The notes beneath the pieces were generated by a model. The model was not told the DNA's origin. It saw only the letters and a program-made list of their open reading frames with translations, and searched no databases. 64,000 nt of DNA from an uncultured Verrucomicrobiota bacterium (lineage in GTDB: Bacteria > Verrucomicrobiota > Verrucomicrobiia > Limisphaerales > UBA9464). Both the position numbers and the translations under genes were made by a program. Below are positions 19,484 to 28,530 of this stretch, one piece after another. The stretch covers positions 578 to 64,577 of the forward strand of contig CAYYSX010000001.1 of the NCBI GenBank assembly GCA_964474315.1, in the 5' to 3' direction. Numbering within the stretch: position 1 is the first letter of the stretch; each line of letters starts with the position of its first letter.

Positions 19484-20237
19484 GCATTCACAAGTTGTCG
19501 GTAAAGGTGCTGGACTACTGGGAAAGGGTGCAGGAAGGAGGGCGTGAAGGAAGAACTGGTGGTGCAAGGGCGGAGGTTGGGGTGTGAGGATCTGGCGTGG
19601 TTGGGGGTGGATTGAGGAGCATCCGCAGTGGAGCCGCAAACGGATCGCCCAGGAGCTTTGCCGGCGGCCGTCCAGGCGGAGGCCCAGCGGCGGGGTTTGG
19701 GACGCGCCCAGGTGGTGTACCTGGTGATGGACGGCGCGGTCTGGCTCTGGCTCTTGGCCGAGGACCGGTTCCAGACGGCGCTCAAAACCCTTGATTTTCA
19801 TCACGCCCGCGAACACCTCCAGGCCGTCGCCGAGGCCTTGCACGGAGCCGAAACCGACGCTGCCAAAGCGTGGTTGAAGCCCCTGCTCCACCAACTCCGC
19901 CACGGCCAGGAAACCCGTGTCGTACGAAGCTTGGAAGAACTGCTCAACTCACCCGCGGCGCGGACGGCCCAGGACCCCACGACGACCACGCGCGAAGTCA
20001 GCTACTTCCAAGACCATCGGGACCACCTTCACTCCCAGAAAATGGAGCGGGCCGGAGCTCCCATGGGCAGCGGGGCCGTCGAGTCCCTGGGCAAACAGCT
20101 CCAACGCCGTCTCCGCGGCTGTGGCCAGTTCTGGACCCGCTCAGGTCTCACCCACCTCCTCCGCCTCTGCGTCCTCGTCAAAAACAACGACGATCCCCTC
20201 CTCTGGAACTGACCCCTTACCGACAACTTGTGAATGC
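19484..20237. mobile_element. decayed, internally deleted IS element bounded by perfect 21-bp terminal inverted repeats
   Basis: The left repeat GCATTCACAAGTTGTCGGTAA (19484-19504) is the exact reverse complement of 20217-20237. The interior holds an HTH-like fragment (EDLAWLG / WIEEHPQWSRKRIAQELC), frameshifted at a G-run near 19603, plus a transposase C-terminal fragment. I saw no target-site duplication. Confidence 0.8.
19628..20212 (+). pseudogene. DDE transposase C-terminal fragment (ISKra4/UPF0236-like by recollection)
   Basis: The fragment is 194 aa. It contains VYLVMDGAVWLW, DFHHAREHL, FQDHRDHLH and GSGAVESLGKQLQRRLRGCGQFWTRSGLTHLL. The catalytic N-terminal two-thirds is missing. The stop lies 4 nt before the right inverted repeat. 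Confidence 0.7.
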
Positions 20238-20285
20238 GCCGTCGGGCGACGGCCATCCGACGCCCTGTGAGGCGGTGCGCCGTAG

Positions 20286-21083
20286 TCAAAACGCGCCGCG
20301 ATAGAACTTCGTGGGATCGTCGGTTTGGGTGTCCGTCTCAGGACTCAACCCGAAATCACCGCTCCGCAGCGTGGCGCCTTTGCGGTATTCTGCGTGTCCG
20401 TCGCAGAACAGAAGGTTGCCACCCTTGTCGTGCAGAGCGGAGTAGAGTTCGTGGGTACGGCTGATGTTGTCATGCCACCACGTGTACTCGGCTTCCGCTG
20501 GATCCGCCCCTGGATCCAGCTTCCAAGGCCGCAGGCCAGCGACATGGACGCGATTGTAGGTTTCCTGGAGAAAAACGATGGCTGCCGGCTGCAGCACTTC
20601 CCGGAGTTCCCGCCCCATCACGACCCCGTTGCCGTAGTAGGAGGTACTGCTGGTGGCGGTGGGCACTTCGTCGGGAATGGGAGAGGGTTTTGCGCTCGGA
20701 CACGAGTAAATCCCATTTTGTCGGGTCTGAGTGTAAGGCAACAAGAGCTTGAGGTAAGACGGTTCAGGATTGTCTGCGTAATACACCACCTGGCTGTGCA
20801 TCACTGGAAGTCGGCGGTAGTCGTCCGCATACAGCATGAGGGCCACCCCAATCTGCCGCATGTTGCTCAGGCAGACGACCCGGCGCGCCCGCTCCTTGGC
20901 CCGGGCGAGTCCGGGCAGCAACAGTCCAGCCAGGATGGCAATGATGGCAATAGCCACCAATAGCTCGATGAGGGTAAAGCCGCCTTGATAAGCCCGCCGT
21001 CGGTGCCAGATGTTTAAAAAGGGCCAGGGAGTCGAACGGGTGTTTTCCGCGCGCCGACAGAGATTCGAACCGGGTTTCCACAT
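20286..21083 (-). CDS. prepilin-type N-terminal cleavage/methylation protein (DUF1559, H-X9-DG type pseudopilin)
   Basis: [30 protein letters not shown] is followed by CLSNMRQIG. The C-terminal motif is [16 protein letters not shown]. The leader before the GFTLIE cleavage motif is unusually long (35 aa). Confidence 0.8.
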   Translation of the reverse strand: MWKPGSNLCRRAENTRSTPWPFLNIWHRRRAYQGGFTLIELLVAIAIIAILAGLLLPGLARAKERARRVVCLSNMRQIGVALMLYADDYRRLPVMHSQVVYYADNPEPSYLKLLLPYTQTRQNGIYSCPSAKPSPIPDEVPTATSSTSYYGNGVVMGRELREVLQPAAIVFLQETYNRVHVAGLRPWKLDPGADPAEAEYTWWHDNISRTHELYSALHDKGGNLLFCDGHAEYRKGATLRSGDFGLSPETDTQTDDPTKFYRGAF

Positions 21084-21150
21084 GACTCCCGCAAAGGTTC
21101 CATTTGTTCTGAATTATTCCAGCCCAGATTGATCGACCGTTGCCGCGCCC

Positions 21151-21507
21151 TCACCCCCCCCGGTACACGCACCGTGCCGTGCAGGTTTCGGCGACCACCA
21201 GTTCCCGAAGCAGCGGCAGACCGGGCTGGAGTCGCTCCCAGATCCATTTCGCCAAGAGCTCGCTGGTCGGGTTCTCCAGGCCGGGAATCTCGTTCAGATA
21301 GTGATGGTCCAATTGCCGGAAAATGGGGGCAAAGGCGGCCTTGATGTCGGCGTAGTCCATGACCCAGCCGAGGTGGGGGTCCAGTGGCCCCTCCACCACG
21401 ACTTCAACTCGGAAGCTGTGTCCGTGCAGCCGCGCGCATTTATGGCCGGGCGGAACGTGGGGAAGCCGATGGGCGGCTTCGAATTGAAAGGTGCGGCGTA
21501 GTTCCAT
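21151..21507 (-). CDS. queD: 6-carboxy-5,6,7,8-tetrahydropterin synthase (QueD/PTPS family)
   Basis: Motifs are FEAAHRLP, the C-x3-HGH motif in CARLHGHSF, and DHHYLNEI. The start is at MELRR (21507), 7 nt after the stop of the upstream gene. Confidence 0.85.
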   Translation of the reverse strand: MELRRTFQFEAAHRLPHVPPGHKCARLHGHSFRVEVVVEGPLDPHLGWVMDYADIKAAFAPIFRQLDHHYLNEIPGLENPTSELLAKWIWERLQPGLPLLRELVVAETCTARCVYRGG

Positions 21508-21514
21508 GATCCAT

Positions 21515-22939
21515 TCAGACGGTTTCCCAGTCGGTCCAACTGACCAGCTCCCCGAGGGCCGGACGGCCATCATGACGCCAGGAGGCGGGCGGTTCCTGCA
21601 TCCGGCCCAACGGACAGATGCGACTCACACCCCACCGCGCGAGTAAGGGGGCCAGCTCGGTCAAGCGGCTTTCACTTAAGGCGATGCCCAGCGTGCTGAC
21701 CCGACCTCGCACGGGTTCCGCTTGATGCAGGGCCTCGGCGAGATCGCGGCAGGGCTTCACGTAGATAAATCGGTTGAGGCAGGAAGCTTGGAAGCGCGCA
21801 TCGTCTTCAAACACCACGGTCCAGGCGGTCGAATTGGTGCTGCTCCAGACTCGGGTGGCGCCTTGGGGCGGCTCGAAGAATACGCCCCGAGGCATGGTGT
21901 GGGCCTCATCCCTGCTGGCGGCGTGTCGGGCGCCGCGCAATTCATGCAGGGACCTTCGGCTGGCCAGTTCCGCCGAAGTTTCCACCGGCAGATCTCCGCG
22001 CGGCTCGGCCAGCTCCCGCTCGGCCAGCGCTTGGGCGAGTTGTTCCGCAAATCCTTCCGGGGAAACCGAACCTCGTTCCTCTACATAAATCACATGAGGC
22101 GAAAGACATCCAAGCTGATTCCACGCCACCACATCGGCCGCGGCCCGGGTGGCGGTCTTGCGCGCGAGGAAGCTCGACAACTGGTCGCTTCCCACAAAAG
22201 CGAAACTGAGTCGATGCCCATACGCCACGAGGCGGCATCCTCCAGGCAGGCGGGTACGCACCGAGGACACAGTTTCGTCGGTGCCATGGACCGTCACGCA
22301 CTCGGCTTCCGCGAAGACGGTCTCCTCCAGAGCCGCATTGCCGCCGGGCCAGACGGCCATTTCCAAGCAGGCCCCCAGCTTCGGTTCCAAATCGGCCAGG
22401 GAATGGGCGTAGAGCCGGGGTAACACGGTTCCGTGTCGGGAGAGCTTCATGAATTGGGCCGACTTGGTCAGCACGCCGAGGGTCAGGGACATCATCGCTG
22501 AATTCGGCAGGTTTCCCGCCGCCAAGTGAACCAACAGGTCGGGCCCACGCGCCAGCGCGAGGCGGCCTTGCCGCAGTTCGGAGGCGGGCGCGGCGAACTC
22601 GTCGAGGCGGCGGGCATCCCCCAAGTCCTGCGTGAGCAGCGCGTTGAGATGCTCGACCGTCAGGCTGCGAAAGAAGGCGTCGAGACCGCGGGCCAGCGTT
22701 ACCGGTCCGAAGCCCGTTTCGGCCGAAGCCAGTTCCAGCGCGGACTGCCGCAGACCAAAGCCGGGGTCCAGCCACCGTTCCGCATTGTACGCCAGCAGTT
22801 CCACCAATTCGGACGTCCGGCGCTGCGCCAGCCAGTTGGCCCGGTTGCGCTTCACGGCGACGCAGGCTTCGCGCAGGAGCTGCGGGGAGATCGAGGCCTC
22901 GGGAGGCAAGTCGGCCAGGAACAGGTTGGGCAACGGCAT
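21515..22939 (-). CDS. LuxC-like acyl-CoA/acyl-protein reductase (aldehyde-forming)
   Basis: The protein is 474 aa. [30 protein letters not shown] and the candidate catalytic Cys in [15 protein letters not shown] fit the LuxC family as I recall it. The start lies 4 nt after the luxE-like stop. Confidence 0.7.
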   Translation of the reverse strand: MPLPNLFLADLPPEASISPQLLREACVAVKRNRANWLAQRRTSELVELLAYNAERWLDPGFGLRQSALELASAETGFGPVTLARGLDAFFRSLTVEHLNALLTQDLGDARRLDEFAAPASELRQGRLALARGPDLLVHLAAGNLPNSAMMSLTLGVLTKSAQFMKLSRHGTVLPRLYAHSLADLEPKLGACLEMAVWPGGNAALEETVFAEAECVTVHGTDETVSSVRTRLPGGCRLVAYGHRLSFAFVGSDQLSSFLARKTATRAAADVVAWNQLGCLSPHVIYVEERGSVSPEGFAEQLAQALAERELAEPRGDLPVETSAELASRRSLHELRGARHAASRDEAHTMPRGVFFEPPQGATRVWSSTNSTAWTVVFEDDARFQASCLNRFIYVKPCRDLAEALHQAEPVRGRVSTLGIALSESRLTELAPLLARWGVSRICPLGRMQEPPASWRHDGRPALGELVSWTDWETV

Positions 22940-22943
22940 GAGA

Positions 22944-24044
22944 TCAGCGTGGTTCAGCCGACATCAGGGAACAACCTCGGGCCTCGGCTTGGGGCGCCCG
23001 CCCTAAGAGCTCCAAGCCGTCGCCCCGACGGATCGCCAGGTCGTTCGTCTGGAGGGCCAGCACCGACCAGACATTGGCGAGGTCGATCACTCGGACGAGT
23101 CCCGCTTCTCCCTCCGCGACTTCACGGCCGGTTTCAGGAGAGATGACGAGGACCCGAGCCCAGGGCGGAAAGCGGAGCACTCCGGAGGGCCATTCTTCGG
23201 AACCCTCCCCGGTGTAGGCTTGGGAGCTGAGTTCGCACATACCGTATTCAGTAACGATGGCGTGGCGCGGAACCCCCAAGGCCTCCGACAGCGCCTGATG
23301 CAGGTCGGAACGCTCCAGTTCCCGTGATCGGCCTTTGTAGCCACCGGTTTCCATGATCCATGAACCGGGCGGAAGAAGGGCCGGGGAGCAGTCACCAAGG
23401 GCATTGAGTAGATGGACGAAATTGAAGGCCGTTCCACAGAGCAACAGTGGTTCCCGGGCGGCGCGGATTTGCTGGGTCACGGAGGTGGTATCCACGATCC
23501 ACCCCTCCGGAGCGACCATCCCAGCAAACCGGGCACGTCCCGGCCAGAATTCGCCGGCCAGCACCCCGAGCATCTGCGCCAGAGAGGAATGGGGAGCTGC
23601 TTCCGGCGGAGGGGTGAGAGAAAGCAGGGTCCGAGGCAGTTGTAAGGTGTTGAATCGCCACCGGAAACCATGACGGACCGAGGCCGCATAAAGGTCCAGC
23701 GATGCGGCGTGATGGAAATGTCGGCTGGGAATCTGTGCGGTCGTGCCGCTCGAACGGAACTCGGTTGTTCGCCCTTCCGGAGGAATGGCAGTCACTTCCA
23801 GCTCCTTGAAGGCCGCGGTCGGCAGGGAAGGAAGGTCGTTCCAGTGAAGATGGGTGGAGCGATCCCTCCCCTCTTTGCCGGCCTGTTGACACCAGACCCG
23901 ATAGGCGGGGTTACCTTGGAGTTGCAGCCGGAAGAGTTCTTCAGCCAAGGCAGCGAACTCCGCGTCCAACGCCGGGCCGGGTTCTGGAATACGGCGGAGA
24001 AAGGCGCCGATTCGGCGGGCGAAATGATGGAGATCGTTGATCAT
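22944..24044 (-). CDS. LuxE-like acyl-protein synthetase (adenylate-forming, PaaK/ANL-related)
   Basis: Motifs include FRSSGTTAQ (adenylation P-loop), GTAFNFVHLL, METGGYKGRS and TEYGMCELSSQAY. I chose the start at MINDLHH (24044). The 74-codon upstream ORF extension runs through the intergenic repeat and is rejected. Confidence 0.7.
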   Translation of the reverse strand: MINDLHHFARRIGAFLRRIPEPGPALDAEFAALAEELFRLQLQGNPAYRVWCQQAGKEGRDRSTHLHWNDLPSLPTAAFKELEVTAIPPEGRTTEFRSSGTTAQIPSRHFHHAASLDLYAASVRHGFRWRFNTLQLPRTLLSLTPPPEAAPHSSLAQMLGVLAGEFWPGRARFAGMVAPEGWIVDTTSVTQQIRAAREPLLLCGTAFNFVHLLNALGDCSPALLPPGSWIMETGGYKGRSRELERSDLHQALSEALGVPRHAIVTEYGMCELSSQAYTGEGSEEWPSGVLRFPPWARVLVISPETGREVAEGEAGLVRVIDLANVWSVLALQTNDLAIRRGDGLELLGRAPQAEARGCSLMSAEPR

Positions 24045-24218
24045 TGGCGGTTTTGCAGCAGAACCCGAAGGTTTTCCTGGCTGGTTTTCCGCGACAGTCA
24101 GGAGAGAGGTTGAGTACTGGAATCGGCCGGGGATCGCAAGCCGGCCGGCGGGGGGGCATCCCTCAGGTTGGCGCATCTTGCGGTTTGTCCTTAAAGCCGC
24201 GGGCCGAGCCCCTTCCTC

Positions 24219-24266
24219 AAGCTCCAAAAACCAAGTTCCAAGCTCCAAAGAAGCTCCAAGTTCCAA
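24219..24266 (+). repeat. GYTCCAA-heptamer intergenic repeat, copy 1 (full unit 24171-24266)
   Basis: The core is AAGCTCCAAAAACCAAGTTCCAAGCTCCAAAGAAGCTCCAAGTTCCAA. The unit begins GCGCATCTTG at 24171. Confidence 0.9.
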
Positions 24267-24337
24267 CGGCCAAGCGCCCCCAAACCTCCCCAGACCTCGC
24301 TTCCCGAGATGGTTCGAGCGGGGAACCCAGGTGGTGG

Positions 24338-24380
24338 GAGCTTGAGTCTTTGGAGCTTGGAACTTGGTTTTTGGAGCTTT
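24338..24380 (-). repeat. GYTCCAA-heptamer intergenic repeat, copy 2 (inverted partner of copy 1)
   Basis: 24348-24379 is the exact reverse complement of 24219-24250 (32 bp). The spacer is 97 nt. Confidence 0.9.
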
Positions 24381-24510
24381 CCTGCCCCCTTCTTCTCAGC
24401 GCGGCGGCGCGACTGGGACGGGGGCGAGAGTTCTTCGACGCGGCCGTGCCCATGGGCCGCCCGGCGGGCGGGGACGGCGCAGCGCGCCATCCCTACCGGC
24501 GGTTGGAACC

Positions 24511-25848
24511 TCATCGGCGCAGGTCGAGCGCGACCAAGCGGTCCTCGCTCCGCAGGTACAACCGGCCTCCCGAAAGCACCGGGCCGGCCCAGCACGGGTA
24601 ATGCAGCGACGGCACCTGCCAGCGGGCTAGTTCGACACAGCGTCCGGGATCGGGACGGAAGATGCCGAACAGGCCGCCTTCCCCGAGTGCGTACAACTTG
24701 CCGTCGGCAGCGATCAAGGATCCACGACCGAAGGAATCCGGCTGCTTGGACGAGAATTTGGCCCAGCGTTCGTCGCGTTCCCAAGCAAGGGATCCCGTCG
24801 CGAATTCCACACAACGGAGCCGGGCATCGGGTTCATTGCGTCCACTGAAGGCGTACAGATGCGATCCCACCAGGACCGGTGTGCTCCAATGCATTTCCAA
24901 GGAGAGTCCGCGCCAGAGTTCGGTGACGGCGTTGTTTCCCGGGGCGACGCGAAGCAGAAGCGAGCCAGCTCGGTAGTAAGCGCTGGAGATCAAGACGTCG
25001 TTGTCGCGCACGACCGGATTGGCGGCATTGACCGATTCATCGACCCGGGCCCGGAACCAGCGTTGAAACCGGACGGCGCCGTTGGTCGGGTTGACCCCGA
25101 CCAGTCCTTGGCGAAGGAAACAGAGGACCACGCGTTCTCCATTCAACGTGGTGGCGACCGGCGAGGCGTAGCTGGCCTGCTTTTCCCAGCGCTTCCACCG
25201 GACCGGTGCTTCGCCGGGCCAGCCCAGCATGGGTTGGCCTTGCCAATTGGTTTCTCCGACGGACTCCCAGAGCGTCCGGCCGGTTTCCGGATCGAAGGCG
25301 ACGACTCCGGAGTTGGGCTGGCCGCCGACCATCACGATCAGGCGACCGGATTCCAGGATGGGGGCCGAACCCACCCCGAAGAAGGCTTCGGGAATTTCGA
25401 AATCGTTTGCCGTCTGACGCTGCCAGCGTTGCTCGCCGGTTTCGAGGTCGAAGGCGGTCAGGCGGCCCTCCGCTCCGAAGGTGAACACCGTGGCGTTGGT
25501 GATCAGCGGGGCGCACCGGGGACCGTTGTTGTAGCCATAAGGATCTTGAAACGAAGTGGGATACGCGTTGGTCCACAACGTCCGGCCCGTCACCGGATCC
25601 AAGGCAGAAAGAATCTCCGCCGCTCCGATCCGATGGAACAGGAGGAGTTTTCCCGAGCCGACGGAGGGGGCGGCGTAGCCGGTTCCGACCGCCAGGTCGA
25701 AGACGATCGGCGCTCCCGTGGGTGGGAGGCTTTCGACGAGGTTGGTTTCGGAGGAATGATTGTCGCCGTTTGGACCGAGAAATCGGGGCCAATCCGCCGC
25801 GAGGGAGACCCCTAAAACCAAACTACAACAGGCGACGCGGAACAACAC
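24511..25848 (-). CDS. secreted PQQ-like/BamB-like beta-propeller repeat protein
   Basis: The signal peptide is followed by ADWPRFLGPNGDN. Repeated W/G-rich blade motifs are present (TGRTLW, GEQRWQ, GRTLWE, GSLAWE). Confidence 0.75.
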   Translation of the reverse strand: MLFRVACCSLVLGVSLAADWPRFLGPNGDNHSSETNLVESLPPTGAPIVFDLAVGTGYAAPSVGSGKLLLFHRIGAAEILSALDPVTGRTLWTNAYPTSFQDPYGYNNGPRCAPLITNATVFTFGAEGRLTAFDLETGEQRWQRQTANDFEIPEAFFGVGSAPILESGRLIVMVGGQPNSGVVAFDPETGRTLWESVGETNWQGQPMLGWPGEAPVRWKRWEKQASYASPVATTLNGERVVLCFLRQGLVGVNPTNGAVRFQRWFRARVDESVNAANPVVRDNDVLISSAYYRAGSLLLRVAPGNNAVTELWRGLSLEMHWSTPVLVGSHLYAFSGRNEPDARLRCVEFATGSLAWERDERWAKFSSKQPDSFGRGSLIAADGKLYALGEGGLFGIFRPDPGRCVELARWQVPSLHYPCWAGPVLSGGRLYLRSEDRLVALDLRR

Positions 25849-25896
25849 CCCGTCGTTCTGCGCCCTTGTCGGTGGAAGGGCAAGCGTGGCGAAACC

Positions 25897-26064
25897 TCAG
25901 GCCAACGCTGGCTCGCCGGTCCAGTCAGTGATTTTTAGGAATTCGCGGGCTTTGCGCCGTTCGTAGCGGTGCTTCTGGGCTTTTCCGGGCCGATCGACGG
26001 CCGCGCGGAAGGGATGTCGGGGGTCGCGGAGGGTTTCTGCGACGAGGTCGTTGTTCTTGCTCAT
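25897..26064 (-). CDS. small basic hypothetical protein (55 aa)
   Basis: The sequence is MSKNNDLVAETLRDPRHPFRAAVDRPGKAQKHRYERRKAREFLKITDWTGEPALA. Third-codon positions are GC-rich. The gene lies 48 nt upstream of the PQQ-propeller gene on the same strand. I recognise no homolog. Confidence 0.4.
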   Translation of the reverse strand: MSKNNDLVAETLRDPRHPFRAAVDRPGKAQKHRYERRKAREFLKITDWTGEPALA

Positions 26065-26304
26065 AATAACGGATGCCCGCTCCCCCCAACGGGCGCAGCC
26101 CCACCCGCGAGCGGCGCCGCTAGGGAGACCAAACAACGGCAATAGGCTTGCGCGCCCTGACGCCATGTCAATGCTCCAGTTGCCCGTGTTGCCCATCGGA
26201 TCGGCCAGCCGGGTCTTGGAATTCCGGTGTCTCTGTCGCAGGCTCGCTCTTGAAACACATCACGAACGACCGGCCATCTCACCGACACGGACTACCGATC
26301 CCTC

Positions 26305-27117
26305 ATGCGCTACCTCGAACCTCACGGACATATGGTCAGCCGGACCACCGACGACTACCAGGACATGGTCACTGCGGGCTGCGCCGCCGTCTGCGAACCC
26401 GCCTTCTGGGCCGGCTTTGACCGCGGTTCCGTGAACGGGTTCCGCGACTACTTCCGCCAGCTCACCGAATACGAACCGGCCCGGGCCGCCCGCTATGGCC
26501 TGCCTCATTTCTGCTGGCTCTGTATCAATCCCAAGGAAGCCGAGGACGTGAAGCTGGCGGAAGACGTGATCGCCATCATCCCGGAGTTTCTCGAACGCCC
26601 GACGGTCCTGGGGATCGGTGAGATCGGGCTCAACAAGAATTCCCGCAACGAAGTGAAGGTCCTCGAACGCCACGTGGACCTCGCCGCTCGTCTCGATCAA
26701 CTCATCCTCGTCCATACCCCACATCTGGAGGACAAGCTCAAGGGCACCCGTCTGATCCTCGATGTCCTCCGGGCCGATTCCCGCATTCAACCCGGACGAG
26801 TGCTGATCGACCACGTGGAGGAGCATACCGTCAAGCTGGTGCTGGAGCGCGGACACTGGGGCGGGATGACGCTGTATCCGATCAGCAAATGCACCCCGGC
26901 CCGGGCGGTGGACATCCTGGATCGGTACGGCCAGGAACGGTTGTGGATGAACTCGGCTTGTGACTGGGGAGAAAGCGTTCCCCTGGCCATCCCGCGCACC
27001 GCCTTGGAAATGCGCCGCCGCGGCTGGAGTGCGGACGCCATCGATCAAGTGATCTACCGGAATCCGGTTCAGTTCCTAAGCCAGTCACCGAAGTTTGCCA
27101 GCCAGTTCCCGGTCTGA
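26305..27117 (+). CDS. TatD-related metal-dependent hydrolase
   Basis: Motifs include LEPHGH, GIGEIGLN, LILVHTPH and IDHVEEH, arranged in a TIM-barrel amidohydrolase-like order. Confidence 0.65.
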   Translation: MRYLEPHGHMVSRTTDDYQDMVTAGCAAVCEPAFWAGFDRGSVNGFRDYFRQLTEYEPARAARYGLPHFCWLCINPKEAEDVKLAEDVIAIIPEFLERPTVLGIGEIGLNKNSRNEVKVLERHVDLAARLDQLILVHTPHLEDKLKGTRLILDVLRADSRIQPGRVLIDHVEEHTVKLVLERGHWGGMTLYPISKCTPARAVDILDRYGQERLWMNSACDWGESVPLAIPRTALEMRRRGWSADAIDQVIYRNPVQFLSQSPKFASQFPV

Positions 27118-27195
27118 GCGTGGCGGAAGTCAGCGCGTCCCGCCGTCCGCTTGGACAGCCTTGCCGTCGGTCCGGGTCGCCCGTAGCGTCGGGCG

Positions 27196-28218
27196 ATGAG
27201 TTCGAGATTCCTGCCCAGCATTCTTGGAGCTTCTCTGCTCCTGCCCAGTCTGGCTTGGGGTGATACGGTCCAGCTCCAAGACCAGGCCTCAGTCACCGGC
27301 AAGATCCTGGTCGAGAAGAAGGAGGCCCTCTATTTGGATGTCGGATATACGGTCCTGAGTATCCCCAGGAACCAGATTGTCGAGGTAATCCGCAACGAGG
27401 AATCGGGCACGCCCCCGGGAGGCGTTGCACCGGCCGACCGTCCGATTCGCCCCTTCTCACCCGCCGACGCGAAGGCCGGTTCGGAGGGGGCAGCGGGGAA
27501 CTCCCTGTTCGCCGTGGCCCTCGGCGCTGAAGCGGAGCGGCCGGTGCGGGATCTGGTGGCGAGTTTGGGAGAAGCCGTCGTCCAGGTGCGCACTCCAGGA
27601 GGCTTGGGCAGCGGATTCTTCATTCACGAAGATGGCTATCTCATCACCAATTTCCACGTGATCGAGAACGAAACGAAGATCTCCATCGAGGTGTACCACC
27701 AGAAGGACGGACAGTTGGAACGCCGCAGCTACAAGGACGTTCGCATCGTCGCCATGAACAAGTTCGGTGATCTGGCCCTGCTCAAGGTAGAGGACCAGGA
27801 CGCGCCCAAATTCAAGACCGTCGCCCTCGGGGATGCCGATGCCTTGGCGCAGGGGGACCGGGTGTTTGCCATCGGCAGTCCCCAGGGATTGGAGCGCACG
27901 GTTACGGAAGGCATCGTCAGCACCACCGCTCGTCAGGTGAACGGCGACCTTTATGTGCAGACCACTGCCCAGATCAATCCGGGTAACTCCGGGGGGCCCT
28001 TGTTCAACCTGGCCGGTGCGGTGGTGGGCGTGACCAACATGAAGCTGACGTTTGGCGAGGGACTGGGGTTCGCGATCCCGGTCGGCATGGTCAAGTTCTT
28101 CCTCCAACACCGCGACGCTTATGCTTACGACACGGATAATCCCAGCAACGCGTTCCGCTATTTGGAACCGCCCAGCCGGCTGAAGATGTTGGATCCGAAT
28201 CAGACCAAGGCGCAGTAG
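27196..28218 (+). CDS. trypsin-like serine protease (S1C/HtrA-like, no PDZ domain seen)
   Basis: Triad contexts are TNFHVIE (His), GDLALLKV (Asp) and NPGNSGGPLF (Ser). The signal peptide is MSSRFLPSILGASLLLPSLAWG. Confidence 0.8.
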   Translation: MSSRFLPSILGASLLLPSLAWGDTVQLQDQASVTGKILVEKKEALYLDVGYTVLSIPRNQIVEVIRNEESGTPPGGVAPADRPIRPFSPADAKAGSEGAAGNSLFAVALGAEAERPVRDLVASLGEAVVQVRTPGGLGSGFFIHEDGYLITNFHVIENETKISIEVYHQKDGQLERRSYKDVRIVAMNKFGDLALLKVEDQDAPKFKTVALGDADALAQGDRVFAIGSPQGLERTVTEGIVSTTARQVNGDLYVQTTAQINPGNSGGPLFNLAGAVVGVTNMKLTFGEGLGFAIPVGMVKFFLQHRDAYAYDTDNPSNAFRYLEPPSRLKMLDPNQTKAQ

Positions 28219-28492
28219 GTGGGCCGGCTGAGGAGCGGGCGACGTCGCTCGTACGAATTTCCGGGTTGTGAGGCGTGAGGCGTGGGGCGTGATGAAGAAA
28301 GCGAGCGCCGGCCACTGCTGAGGGCGCATCTCCTCAATTCGGCGGCACTTGGAGCTCTCCACGAACCGTCCTTCTCCCGACGCGGCAGCGTTGGGAGAAG
28401 GTGCCCGAAGGGCGGATGAGGGCTCGTTCCCACCATTCTCCTCCCCCAGCGGTTCATGGTCTCGATTCACGTCCGGATTTTGGAGGTCCACC

Positions 28493-28530
28493 CTTCTTTG
28501 GAACTTGGGTTTTCGGATTTGGAGCTTCGC
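28493..28530 (-). repeat. GYTCCAA-heptamer intergenic repeat, copy 3 (diverged)
   Basis: The sequence is CTTCTTTGGAACTTGGGTTTTCGGATTTGGAGCTTCGC. It is followed at 28536-28590 by a second repeat type that translates as LKTCGTADPEVCAT. Confidence 0.75.

Noticed and set aside
21030-21062. A tRNA T-loop-like string, GGTTCGAATC followed by TCGGCGC, lies on the minus strand inside the leader region of the pseudopilin gene. It could be a tRNA-fragment att site marking an island boundary.
   Set aside because: The flanking bases do not form a T-stem or any cloverleaf, there is no matching direct repeat elsewhere in the window, and it does not match the 3' end of the tRNA at 61572-61646. A 10-mer match can occur by chance at this sequence length.
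24045-24266. Three ORFs carry N-terminal extensions: luxE-like (to 24266), queE (to 47958) and the second PQQ gene (from 48399).
   Set aside because: The extensions are translations of the intergenic heptamer repeat (ELGASLELGTWFLELEE, GFGLELLWDLGLSLWSL). Internal ATGs restore normal family N-termini or signal peptides.
24171-24380. I asked whether the short tandem and inverted repeats could be a CRISPR array.
   Set aside because: There is no regular repeat-spacer periodicity. The units are 7-mers or single inverted pairs, the copies are scattered singly over 40 kb, and there are no cas genes.
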